From Octopus sinensis (taxonomy: Eukaryota): 64,000 bases of DNA. The stretch covers positions 121,024,001 to 121,088,000 of the forward strand of contig NC_043001.1 in the NCBI RefSeq assembly GCF_006345805.1. Reading direction: 5' to 3'. Made by a program: the position numbers and the translations under genes. Shown here one piece after another: positions 51,243-64,000 of the stretch. The stretch's first letter is position 1, and every line of letters begins with the position of its first letter. The notes under the pieces were generated by a model. It was given only the letters and a program-made list of their open reading frames with translations. It had not been told where the DNA came from and ran no database searches.

Positions 51243-51715
51243 ATGATGATGACAACGACGACGACGACGACGACGATGATTATGACAAAAAGGCCAGTGA
51301 CGGCAATGAGGCTGATGACAACGATGACAGCAACGGAGGTGACGGAGACAACGGTTATGGCGATGGCGATGGTGATAACGATGATGATGACACTGACGAT
51401 GATGATCGTGATCATGACGACGAAGGCGACGATGACGACAGCGAAGACATCCAGACGACGAAAATAACGGCAGCGGCGATGGTGATGCCGATGATGATGA
51501 TGATGATGATGATGATATGATGATGATGATGAGATGATGATGATGATGATATGATGAAGAAAATGACGATGACGATGACGATGATGATGATGATAACGAT
51601 GACGATGACGATGATGATGATGATGATGCCAGTGATGACGATGATGACGACGACGACGACGACGGTGGTGATGATGATGATGATGATCGGAGGGAGGAGG
51701 AGGAGAAGGAGGATA
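51243..51715. repeat. Compound (GAT)/(GAC)/(GGA) trinucleotide tract
   Basis: Direct reading. Confidence 0.95.
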
Positions 51716-51999
51716 TAAATATATTTGGTTTCCACAAAGAAAAATTAGTAAAAACCCCAAATAAAGCCAGAATGCTATTTTAGGGCCCAAAGAAATTCCC
51801 TGGTCGTCGTAAATTTGTGTGTTTTAAGACGAAAGTAACAAATTAGAATTTCTTGTTTGTCTAGTTTTTTTCCCGAAATTATTGTAAAACGAAGATTCTG
51901 CACGCCGATGAATGGTGGTTGCCTTGGAAACAAGACTTACAAATCGATATTTCTAGCTGCATTCTACCTAGAATGGTTGGTTGGGAACAGACAAATGGA

Positions 52000-52100
52000 A
52001 TAGTCAGAGAAGGGGAGTGGACGAGAAGGGGAGGTGAAGGAGAGCAGGCTATAGTAAAAGGAAGAGAGAAAGAGAGGATATGTGTGAAATAGACTATTAG

Positions 52101-52158
<58 letters not shown>

Positions 52159-52191
52159 ATAGAGATAGATAGATAGATAGATAGATAGATG

Positions 52192-52273
<82 letters not shown>

Positions 52274-52914
52274 GGAAGGAAACAAGGTAAGAGAAAGGTA
52301 AAATAGTAAAAGTGATGTATGAAAGAGTGAGGAACAAAAAATGTGATATGAAGAGGACTGAGGAAACAGGAGAACGAGAGAAAATGAAAGAAAGTCTCAG
52401 AAGAAGGAAAAAAGAGCTGGCGCTGAATGAGACAGGAAGAAAGGATGGAAATTAGATGAAAATAAGAAGAGTGTTGAGAGAAAGATATAAAACCAACGAG
52501 GAATGAGTAATTGAAGGAAAAGAGGTAGAAAGAGAGAGAGAAGATAAAAATAGATAAATGATAAAAATGGAAAGTGAAAGTAGAAGAAAGAAGCGTAAAA
52601 AAAATGCGTGAAGGAGAGGGGAGAAGGAGGAGAGAGAGGGTGGAGAAGATAGGCAAGGATAAGGATAAGAAGAGAAAGAGTGAAGAAATAAGAGTGGTGG
52701 GGAGATTAGAAATGAAGAAGAAGAAGGAATGAAAACAGACGTGAATCTATAGAAAGAGACTGAGAGTATAGAGAGGGGACGGAAATAAGGGCTTCGTGAG
52801 ATGAAGGTTAGGAAAGAATAAGTTGTTTGACAAAAAATGCGGGAGAATGAAAAAGTAAGGGAGAAGTAATGGAAAAGAAATAAATAAACAAAGATAGATA
52901 GATAGATAGATAGG

Positions 52915-52954
<40 letters not shown>

Positions 52955-52955
52955 C

Positions 52956-52988
<33 letters not shown>

Positions 52989-53440
52989 TAGATAGATAGA
53001 TAGACAGATGGATGGATAGTGAGAGGGAGAGAAGGAGAGAGAGTATGAGAAAGAAAGGAACGAGTGACTAATAACGTCAAAAGTATCAGAAAGTAAAATA
53101 GAGTTGTGTTCTGGAGATAGAAGGACAAAGAGAGAGAGAGGAGGGGGATGGAGGAAGGGAGAGGAGACGGAGAGTAAGATACAGGGAAGAAAAGAGGGAG
53201 GGAGAGCGAGAGGCAGAAAGAAAGAGAGGAGAGAGATAAAGAGCACTTTTGGAAGGTGAGTAATGCAGAATCTAAGGAAGAAAGAGTCGAAGATATAGGG
53301 ATGCGGATATGAGAGAGAGAAAGAATAATGTTGGTGGTGGTGGTAGTCGGGTGGGTGGATATCGTTTGTGATTAATCAAATTCGCAAAGAGGAGGAGGAG
53401 GAGGAGGAAAAGGAGAAGGAAGAGGAGGAAGAGGAGGATT
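52000..53440 (+). repeat. Purine-rich tract with embedded (TAGA)n and (GA)n arrays
   Basis: (TAGA)n at about 52097-52235 and 52893-53010; the plus strand is almost all A/G over about 1.4 kb. Confidence 0.9.
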
Positions 53441-53464
53441 TGGTAAAGAAGCAAAGGGGGTGTG

Positions 53465-53722
53465 ACTGTTATATATAAATATAACCGTTCAATTGGAAGC
53501 ACCCACCTGATACAGGAAGCAGACTGTAGTGGAAGATTGGGTGAAAGAGAGAGAGAGCTGATATATATATATATATATATATTCATAAACAAGCAAAAAG
53601 GGAGAGAGAAGGAGAGAGAGCGAGCGAGAGGTTGTGTGCGTGAATGCGATTACAGTGCAGGACAGAGAAGTGTTCGTCAGCTTTCAGTCAGGTCGCAGCA
53701 GTTCGAGGAACCGTGAGAAACG
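53465..53722 (+). promoter_or_regulatory. Candidate beta-tubulin core promoter / 5' UTR
   Basis: TATATAAA at 53472-53479, ATTGG (reverse CCAAT) near 53491 and 53536, Inr-like TCAGTC at 53684-53689, and a locally CpG-containing leader. The TSS cannot be fixed from sequence. Confidence 0.4.
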
Positions 53723-53779
53723 ATGAGAGAAATAGTACACGTCCAAGCCGGCCAATGCGGGAACCAGATCGGTGCCAAA
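53723..53779 (+). CDS. TUBB: Beta-tubulin, coding exon 1 (MREIVHVQAGQCGNQIGAK)
   Basis: ATG AGA GAA ATA GTA CAC GTC CAA GCC GGC CAA TGC GGG AAC CAG ATC GGT GCC AAA then GTAGGT. This is the canonical beta-tubulin N-terminus with the widely conserved phase-0 intron after codon 19. The paralogue is not assignable. Confidence 0.95.
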
Positions 53780-53874
53780 GTAGGTGCTTTATTTCTCTGA
53801 CCCCCCCCACGCCCTCACCCCCACGCTCCTTCATATATGCTTTCCACTGATGCTTTCTACTGATTGCGTGTTGA

Positions 53875-54039
53875 TGTATGTATGTATGTATGTATGTATG
53901 TATGTATGATGTATGTATGTATGTATGCATGCATGTATGTGTGTATATGTATACATATATATGTGTATGTGTATATATGTATATATATGTCTGTATATGT
54001 GTATATGTATATATGTATAAATATATGTGTGTATATGTG

Positions 54040-54080
<41 letters not shown>

Positions 54081-54085
54081 ATATT

Positions 54086-54125
<40 letters not shown>

Positions 54126-54303
54126 GGCCACAAAATCCAAACAACCAGGTAGGTGATATCTTGATCTTCATTATCACCGATGGATGGAACGTCGACGATG
54201 GCATATATATACACACATACGTACAAGCATACATACATACATACATACCATATGTGTGTGTATTATATATATATATATATATATATGAATTAGCGTTTGT
54301 GTG

Positions 54304-54358
<55 letters not shown>

Positions 54359-54844
54359 TTCCGTGCGATTTCTTATATAGGCACAAAGCTTCAAATCTAT
54401 CGGCTGAATTTGATCCTAGTATATAACTGGTATCTAGACAATGTCTACTTTACAACATTAACACGAGAATGAAGCTACTCGCACGACTGAGTGTTGGAAA
54501 AGAGCGGAGAAAAGCATTTGCAGGACTCCTGTTGAGACGAGCTTAGTTAAGCTACTGAATCTTGTTATGCTTTCTGTCGCTCCTATCACAGTAGTTCTAT
54601 AGAATTTCGGTTTTCTGGTGCTTCTAAAAATCTACCTTCCAATGTTGCAGTCATATCAACAAAAAAAAATGATAAAAATGTATGTAGATTATACAGGTAG
54701 ATGAATATACATTAATGCATACGAATGTAAAATAAATGCGCGAAGTTTCGTTTTGCTATCAATAATGTTGAATTTCTGAATAAATGTCATTATTACATGA
54801 GCGCGGCGATGTGTCAATAATTCGTCGAAACCTCTATTTGCTTA

Positions 54845-54893
<49 letters not shown>

Positions 54894-55066
54894 GCACACA
54901 CACATAATATATATATATATATATATACGCACACACACATAATATATATATATATATATATACGCAAACACACATAATATATATATATATATATATACGC
55001 ACACACACATAATATATATATATATATATTTATACATATACATATATATTATTATATATATATATA

Positions 55067-55111
<45 letters not shown>

Positions 55112-55317
55112 ATACATATATCCATATATATATACATACGTAAATACATATATACGTACATATATATATATACGTATGTATGTATGTATGTATGTATAGA
55201 GAGTCGTCCAAGAGTCCTTAAATCAGAAAAGATTGGTACTACAATTGCATGCCCTGTAATACTGTCCATTCTCCCAGTGCTTCCTTACACGGAAACTAAG
55301 GAATAATAATAATAATA

Positions 55318-55348
<31 letters not shown>

Positions 55349-55480
55349 GGATGATGATGATGAGGATGATAATAACAACAACAACAACAATAAGTAAATT
55401 AAAAATATATGGTCTTCGTTTATATCAGAATATAGTGGGTGTGGCAAACGTATAATATACATGTGTGTAATATACATACA

Positions 55481-55519
<39 letters not shown>

Positions 55520-55715
55520 CGTTTGTTTTTATGTAAAAGAAGCAATTTTACATTAATCTGATGGACTAAACCTATACTTTTGTAGAGTACAAATTTATTA
55601 TTCTTAAACAAGAATGTTGTTGATAGTTTTTGAAGTTTGGCCAGTAAGCTATCGACGAGCAGGCCCGAACTTCGAACCCACAAACAACAACATTCTTGTT
55701 TAAGAATGTATGTAT

Positions 55716-55747
<32 letters not shown>

Positions 55748-55790
55748 TGTATGTATGTATGTATGTATGTATGTATGTATGTATATGTGT

Positions 55791-55843
<53 letters not shown>

Positions 55844-55938
55844 AATATGTTACATTACTCGATAGTCAAGATAAAACTCTGAGTTTCAGATGCCGAAGTG
55901 GAAATCCACGACACCATCTCTTCAGTTATCTGGCTATT

Positions 55939-55969
<31 letters not shown>

Positions 55970-56009
55970 GCATATATATACATAATGTGTGTATGTATGT
56001 ATGTATATA

Positions 56010-56105
<96 letters not shown>

Positions 56106-56347
56106 TAAAACGCGGCGTGCGTGCAGATACGCTTCCTGCATGAATGCAAAGTATGCATGCCGTAGTTCTGTAATTATATGCATACAATAAATGCAATATT
56201 TAATATAAATCTTTCAATTTTATAAAAACTGATGAAAAGTGTGCGCACATTTGGCCAATGGACCTGCTTCGATTTACATGGCTTTGGTGTTTAAATTCCT
56301 CTCTCTGGTTATATAGCAGGAATTGCTGCTACTATACATACATATGC

Positions 56348-56417
<70 letters not shown>

Positions 56418-56495
56418 ATATATATATATAGATATAATATATATAATATAATATATATATATAAAATATATAATATATATAGAAATATATGTAAT

Positions 56496-56545
<50 letters not shown>

Positions 56546-56627
56546 TATATATATTACATATATATATATATATAAACATATATATATATATATATATATG
56601 TAATATATATATATATATATATATATG

Positions 56628-56677
<50 letters not shown>

Positions 56678-56744
56678 CATATATATATAATTACATATAT
56701 TTCTATATATATTATATATTCTATATATATATATATATTTATAT

Positions 56745-56808
<64 letters not shown>

Positions 56809-57238
56809 CATTCTTTCGGTATTAGTAGACGACATCATTCACCCTCTTTACCTATATTATGAGGGAACGTTGTGTGGAGAATGGTGTTGTCTACTACTAC
56901 GAAAGGTTGCCATAAATACATTGATACATATACATACATACTTACATACATACATATATATATATATATACTCGTAGATATACATATATATACATACATA
57001 CATACATACATACACATATATATATATACATTTGTATATATACATATGCATATATACATGCACATACACACTCACACACACATACTGCCTGGTATTCCTA
57101 AATAAAATTTTTGCATGTCTACTTTATTAAAAATAAAAAAAAGAAAGTAATTTCAAAATATTCCTGGATTAATATATTTACTTCTTTTACAGGACAGTTA
57201 AGCATCGCATTCATATATATGCGTACATGTGTGTGTGT

Positions 57239-57288
<50 letters not shown>

Positions 57289-57290
57289 AA
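53875..57290. repeat. Dense (TA)n/(TG)n/(GTAT)n/(GAT)n microsatellite cluster in tubulin intron 1
   Basis: Includes a near-pure TA tract of about 460 bp at 56345-56808. Confidence 0.95.
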
Positions 57291-58461
57291 ATGCATACAT
57301 GAATAATTAGCAAGTAGACCAGGGACAACATTTATTGTCCATATATGGTCAATCAGTCGTATGTAGTATGTGTGAAATTTATAAAAATTTGCACACTTAA
57401 TATTTTTTTTTACCTCCAATAATGTTTTTTTTTTTTAATATAAATTTTATGTACCAATTTCTTAACATTTTGACAAGATTAGAAATGTGAGGAGAGGGAA
57501 GGAGGGAAGGCTATGGTGTAGATGATTGCAAAATCGATAAAGGTACATAGCAGATAGCTAACGTTATCGGCACTACATCACTCACCACACCTTTATTACT
57601 GCCATAACGAAAGGAATTATAGGTAAAGTGAATTCAGGTAGAATTTCAATCCAAAAACGTTCGAAAATCGAAACTTAAGACATCTTTAAAAGAAATAGTG
57701 GTGGAGGGGAGCCAATTTCTCAGATACACCAACCGCACGAGAGAACTATAGTTAAATGGCAGACTTTTGGAATAGCTGCCACTGCTCCATGGAGAAGGGA
57801 AAAGGCAAAGAATTAGGCGGTTGTTTCTTTCACTTCGTGTTTCATGCAACGCAAATTAACGATGGTGAAAGACTTTTTTCCCTAAATATTCAATTTTGTT
57901 ATATCTTTGCTTTCTAATTCTGTGCTCTTTTCTTTTCCTTGAGACAGTGAAAGCTATTCCGAAACTCTACTAATTAAATTAACATATTTAATGAATTCCA
58001 ATTAGGTATTTTAGACTCACAATATTAAATATGTGGCAGTCTTTGAGTTCAAAACATCACTTCCACTTTTATTAATAAGCAGTAATGCTAAAAGTGAAAG
58101 TGAAACATAAGTAAAAGCATCTTAGTCTGGCATTCCATAGTTTTCTAGTCTGGCATTCCATAGTTTTCTATTGTGATCGCCATTATATGAATGCGTATCT
58201 TGTAGATAATTTATTTCTGTTTATACGAAATGCAAGCACTATAAATTCCATTTATAGCTTTGGGTTTAATGTAGCCAAATGTGTACAGCTTAAAATTTTT
58301 CCACTCTAGATTTAGGTATCGACCTGTCGAGGGTAGCCTTCAGGTATCTTGTATGTATTGTTCACAGTTAAATGAAAATGAGGGTTGTTGAATAAAGGAA
58401 TCTACCTTGCAACATACCAAGTGTCTACCTTTGATATTCACTGTGGCCTACTGTCCTACTC

Positions 58462-58632
<171 letters not shown>

Positions 58633-59297
58633 TCGATCGATCTATATGTCTGTCTTTCTGTCTGTCTGTCTACTTATCTATTTGCTTAGTTATAGCTATG
58701 TATCTATCTAAATTTAATTGTCAATCTGTCTGTCTGTCTATACGTATGCATGTATATACATAATATATGCATGCATGTACGAATATCTTCTATAATGTAT
58801 GTATGTGATATATATAATGTATGAATGACGTATCATTTATTAAAAATAGTTAACACGACTCACACGTTCTTCCATTTTTCTCCGGTGAAAACTTAAAATA
58901 AATAAAAACTGCTTCTCATCGAAAACAATTATCTGCTGTTACAAGAATCGAAAGACACAGCTAATTAATATCCGTGTCTATATTGCATCCATTGTGTCGA
59001 ATCCAGTGTTAATATATGACATACTGAAAATAATAATGACGATTACACATCGCTGTGTAAGTACGTTGCAGAATTGTATTTTATCAATATCGGAGACAAA
59101 AAGGAAAAGTCGAACCCTTGCAGTATAATGAACCTAACGACGTGCAAACTAACTCCAAATTGCATTCTTGTCCGATGTTCTACCGATTCTGTCTGTCCAC
59201 CCCATTGATGATGATGATGATGATGATATATATATATATGCATATGTGCCTATATGTGCATATATAATCATATATATGTACATATATATGCATATGT

Positions 59298-59601
59298 GGA
59301 GCGCAATGGCCCAGTGGTTAGGGCAGCGAACTCGCGATCGTAGGATCGCGGTTTCGATTCCCAAGCCGGGCGTTGTGAGTGTTTATTGAGCGAAAACACT
59401 TAAAAAGCTCCACGAGGCTCCGGCTGGGGGTGGTGATCCCTGCTGTACTCTTTCACCACTCTTTCTTCTACTCTTTCTTCTGTTGGCCTGCTCGCTTAGC
59501 CAGCGGGGTGGCGTCATTCGAAGGCTAAAACAATGCGAACGCATTGTGACCAGCGATGTGTAACAACATCTGATGGTCTGGTCGGTCACGTGATCACGTG
59601 A
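59298..59601 (+). mobile_element. tRNA-derived SINE, family C, intact-looking
   Basis: A box TGGCCCAGTGG (59307-59317), B box GGTTTCGATTCC (59350-59361), 3' end TCACGTGATCACGTGA, and a candidate TSD atatatgcatat(g/a)t (59284-59297, 59601-59614). Confidence 0.85.
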
Positions 59602-60557
59602 TATATGCATATATATTCATATATATGTGCATATATATGAATATAAATGTGCATATAAATTCATATATATGTGTATATATATGCATATATAAATATATGT
59701 GTTTGAATATAAATGCAGACATACAGATACAAATATATTTTTTTCCATTCTACACCACATTACTTGTGAACATCGACTCCAACTTGAGAGCAGAGAATGT
59801 CTTTCATTAGAATTTTCGTGACTGTGGTCTTCGACCAGCTGCACGGTTCACATTGAGCTCATCCGTCTCTTGACAGATTTTGTTTTTAGTCCTGCAAAGT
59901 GTCCACAACACCCTCCTCACTTGGCAAGTCAGGTAGAGGATTTCCTGACCTGACAATGCATTGTTTCACCGCACAATATATTATCATAGTTCACATCACG
60001 ATTAGTTGGTAAGTCGATAAGGAACAAACAAAAAGACGAAGTGGTCACAGCCATGATGTGTGCGTGTGTATGTGTAAAGGCTGTGATTTCTTTTTCAATT
60101 TTCCCGTTTCCTATCAATTCCTGTAACAATCGGCCGTGATGTCAGCCGTGGCTATCTATATATTGTGTAATGAAACGAACAACTTACTTTATTTCAACAA
60201 CGATTGACGAAGTGGGTAGTATTGAAATCATTTAGTTAATCAGTGAGCTAACTTGTGGTAAATATTCTATATTATCTTAATATGGTTTACTTCGGATCAA
60301 TTTCTGATTCTTAATTAACATACACATTAGTCACAGCTCATAGAGTAGTTGTTAAGTCATTGTACACTTTCAGAAATTGAATATCCCAGTATGTAACTAG
60401 TCTAATGGGATGAGGTGGACGTCTTGTGTCAAGTGAAATATTGAATACATGCATAGTGGCATATATATTTCCTTGTCAAGGAAATCCTTTTATTCTATTA
60501 ACTCCTTTAAAAAAGTAATGACAATCATCAAAATAATTTAGAGGTATAATGAGTGGA

Positions 60558-60598
<41 letters not shown>

Positions 60599-60869
60599 CA
60601 GACAGACAGATAAATAGATTTCTTTTCCTAATAACTCAAGTTTCATGCTCTTACGATCTTCAAGCGAGAACTGTCTGCTGTACGTTATTTTGCCTATGGC
60701 TACTGTTTTCATTGGCTGGTTTCTAAAGTTATATTCCTTCTATATTGTCTATAGTTGTCGTCATCTCAGTTGTTTACTCGTAGGTCGTTCTATCCTTATT
60801 AGTATGCTTCTCTCTTATTTATCTCTATATTGTTTTCTACACACAGTTATCCAAAAGTTGTTTCTCTGA

Positions 60870-61260
60870 AAACTTTTGAGCCGCTTCCTATTGACCACTT
60901 CAGTAATCCCACTGAATTACATCCAATTCGCATCCAGTTTTGTTAAGTTGTATTAATAAAGTATATAGCCAAGAACATCTGTCAGAGAACCTCCATAATA
61001 TCATGCGACACAACCAAATTCTACCAAATAACCCCATTCCGCAATGAATCCCTAAAAATATTCGGGTTCAAAAGAAAATTAGTGATCATGCCCGAATCCG
61101 CAAACCAAACAAGACCAGAAAGAGAAAGCATCATTTTGTCTAAATCGTAGTGACATGGGGCAAAAGAAATCTCAACATTGATTACCGGACATTTAATAAC
61201 CGCCTATAGGTGCCACAAACTCATCAACAGAAGCACCATAAGAGTTAACTACAGTTGCGT
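60870..61260 (+). mobile_element. Penelope-like element relic
   Basis: AKNICQRTSIISCDTTKFYQITPFRNESLKIFGFKRKL and CHKLINRSTIRVNYSC resemble the Penelope RT C-terminus and linker (..FNRNT.K.SYSC). Confidence 0.6.
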
Positions 61261-61281
61261 ATGATACCAAAAACAAGCCAT

Positions 61282-61339
61282 AGTGTGTGTGTGTGTGTGG
61301 TGTGTGTGTGTATGTGTGTGTATGTGTGTGTGTGTGTGT

Positions 61340-61380
<41 letters not shown>

Positions 61381-61516
61381 TGTGTGTGTATGTGTGTGTG
61401 TGTGTGTATGTGTGTGTGTATGTGTGTGTGTGTGTGTGTGTATGTGTGTGTGTGTATGTGTGTGTGTGTGTATGTGTGTGTGTGTGTGTGTATGTGTGTG
61501 TGTTGTGTGTGTGTGT

Positions 61517-61557
<41 letters not shown>

Positions 61558-61605
61558 CGTGTGTGTGTGTGTGTTGTGTGTGTGTGTGTGTGTGTGTGTG
61601 CGTGC

Positions 61606-61643
<38 letters not shown>
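61282..61643. repeat. (GT)n with GTAT variants, about 360 bp
   Basis: Direct reading. Confidence 0.97.
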
Positions 61644-61645
<2 letters not shown>

Positions 61646-62029
61646 ACTGACAGTTCATAGTTGAAAATAGATACATGTTAAGTAGAGAGTATGATTTTGT
61701 TTTAATGTATAAGGCAGTTATAGTGCTGCAAATGGGATGGGTGAACTGACAAAAACTATGTCGGAGCAACAAGTGGTTTGTTGGAAGTCAGACGCGCGTG
61801 CATAGTTATTTCCACCAATGGTATTCATCAATTTAATGGCAATCATTTTTTTTTCAACTATGAGTGAAACGGAACCTCAATCTCCATTGCTCGGTTCAGT
61901 GAGAATTTGTCGCTGCAACACTCACCAAACACTCTAAAGTGATTATGAGCATGCTGCTGCTGCTGGTTTTTCTTGTTTTCATTTAAGATCATATTTTTTA
62001 GTATCTTTCTTTTCTAAAATGGTAGGAGT

Positions 62030-62085
62030 TGGATTTGAGAGGAATTTGGTTGCTATTTCTAACAGATCTAGCGACCATACAGATC
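62030..62085 (+). repeat. Short dispersed repeat (gagatttggctgctatttctagcag)
   Basis: Related motifs at about 19285-19320, 62327-62358, 62885-62920 and 63428-63445; unclassified. Confidence 0.5.
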
Positions 62086-62941
62086 TGCTATTAATCCACT
62101 CGTTATATATTCTTGTTAACGTTTAGTACCAAAAGCTTTAAGGACTACCTAAAGAAATTCAGAAATATAAAAAAGTATCTAGTTGTTGTTGATTGACCCC
62201 AGGTCAGCTCTGCTAAAGCAAGACAACGTTCAAAAACCTTTAAGCATTGACCGTCTTGTCATTTTTATAAATCAGGGACTGAGCAGTCTAATAAACCTTT
62301 CATTATTGAGGATGACCGCGTGTAATTTGAGAGTGATTTGTTAGCTATTTCTAGCAAAGTCATTGTCTCGATTTGTAAGATGATATAATGTATGCATACT
62401 TGTCCCTGATGAGCAGTTAATTGATTCTTGTTGTCTAACCGGAACTTCATTGAGTCACCTGACACGCATGACGTTTCACATATATTATGTATGAAACAAG
62501 GGGTGATGGACAGTTTCTCACCTTTTACGTTTAATGCTTTGTGTGTGTGTGTGGTGGCGGTGGTCGAAAATCATGGCGATGGAGGGTTATTGATGGCGGA
62601 GATCGATTGATTGTGGTATGGTGGAGGGTAATTGATGATAGTGGTGGTAGCGCAGTAGTGCAGGTGTTGGCGGTAGTGAAGGTGATGGTACTACTCGGTC
62701 TCGGTGGTCCCTGGAGGTGGTGGCGGTGTAGTGATAGAGATGCTGGATAGTGGGTGTTTTCTTTTTTTTTTTTTTAGTAACTCAATGCCAGCTCTGATCG
62801 AACATACAAAGGCCAGACCATGTGTGAGGGACTTAGGATCCTATTACCCAACCTGCCTGTTTTTAAGTCGGTTGGGGTGAAATTTTTGAGATTTAGCTAT
62901 TATTTCTAGCAGATCCGGTTCCCTGGGTAGAAATGATGCCG

Positions 62942-62957
62942 GTAGTAGTAGTAGTAA

Positions 62958-63017
<60 letters not shown>

Positions 63018-63018
63018 A
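62942..63018. repeat. (TAG)n microsatellite
   Basis: Direct reading. Confidence 0.95.
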
Positions 63019-63251
63019 TGATGATGGCAACGGTTATAGAGGAAATGGTCGTTCTGGTTAGCGCAAGTCAATACGGATCCGGATACATAATGCATGTTTC
63101 AACAATTGATTAATTGGATGGCTGCTTTGTTGTTTGATTACATGGCTTTTTGTCTTCTATTGTCCTTTAATTATCTTCCAATTAACAGAGCTATTAAAAT
63201 ATGTTAACTAGCTACAACTGTTCAAAGAACACAAATGCAGACGCCGCGCAT

Positions 63252-63287
<36 letters not shown>

Positions 63288-63879
63288 AGAGACAGACCCA
63301 TAAAATTAAAGTATCATATATATATATATATAAATAATTATAACAATGAGGGTCTTTGCAACAAGTTGCTAGTTACAAATACTGTTGTCTGTGGGGACAT
63401 TTTTGTAGTAAAAGAAATAACAGTCCTCTGGCTGCTATTTCTAATACTTTCGGTGTGTGGTCTAGCAACTCGTTGCAAAGACCCTCATTGTTATAATTAT
63501 ATATACTTTTACCGAATATGGTCCTTTTCCATATCGAAACACTACTTGGTGAAATTTGTTGACTTTATTAAATTAATTATATATCACCCTTTATCTGTAT
63601 TGTATATATATATATAAGAGCAAAGTTTTGGTCAGTTAGCATCTGAACCACACGACCTCATGTTTCTAAGATTCATATCTACATCTTTATCTGTATATTT
63701 ACCTTCCCTAAGATGTTATTAATTGATTTGAAAACTTTTATATTATTGGAAAACCTATATAAATTAGCTGAAGGTTACTCGGCATCTTAAATCTGCTGTA
63801 ATATTTACAGCTTTTAATAAAATGTTGTAGTATGAAACAATTGTACTAAATTACCGGTTTCATTCTCGTTGCTTATTTT

Positions 63880-63939
<60 letters not shown>

Positions 63940-63963
63940 TATATGTATGTATATATATATGTG

Positions 63964-64000
<37 letters not shown>

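Noticed and set aside
50940-51790. Poly-Ser/His/Ile/Asp ORFs
   Set aside because: These are translations of a (GAT)/(GAC) repeat.
59298-59370. Functional tRNA gene
   Set aside because: A and B boxes are present, but the acceptor and anticodon stems do not pair properly and the sequence continues into a SINE body with a TSD.
59770-59800. Possible beta-tubulin exon 2 (DSNLRAENV versus DSDLQLERINV)
   Set aside because: The match is poor, the FWEVISDEHG segment is missing and there is no suitable acceptor.

Overview
This is eukaryotic, repeat-dense genomic DNA with no prokaryotic features. It is most likely from an octopus, inferred from three tRNA-derived SINE families and extreme microsatellite density. 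Only one host coding exon is recognisable: beta-tubulin exon 1 at 53723-53779 (+), MREIVHVQAGQCGNQIGAK followed by a GT donor. The ORF track missed it, and no exon 2 was found in the remaining 10 kb. The most striking system is a young Tx1/L1-clade non-LTR retrotransposon present in three near-identical copies: 21868-24079 (+), 28862-29968 (-) and a full-length-ended copy at 30153-35762 (-). Each copy sits with both ends inside a (TCTA)n/(TAGA)n microsatellite, in the same orientation relative to the repeat, and none has a poly(A) tail. This points to a GATA-microsatellite-targeted element. Other structures are a three-LTR tandem non-autonomous Ty3/Gypsy element (tRNA-Trp PBS, 4-bp TSD) inserted in an older Tx1-like RT, a 1.3-kb TTCCAGGAA(G) minisatellite, a 1-kb foldback element, and a pogo deletion derivative with perfect TIRs. 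Relics of R4/Dong, CR1/Jockey, Penelope, Helitron, hAT, Tc1/mariner and piggyBac elements are also present. Most long ORFs in the supplied track are microsatellite artefacts. Scattered 1-bp indels between near-identical copies suggest long-read consensus errors, so some frameshifts may not be real. All protein similarities were recognised by eye and were not database-searched.
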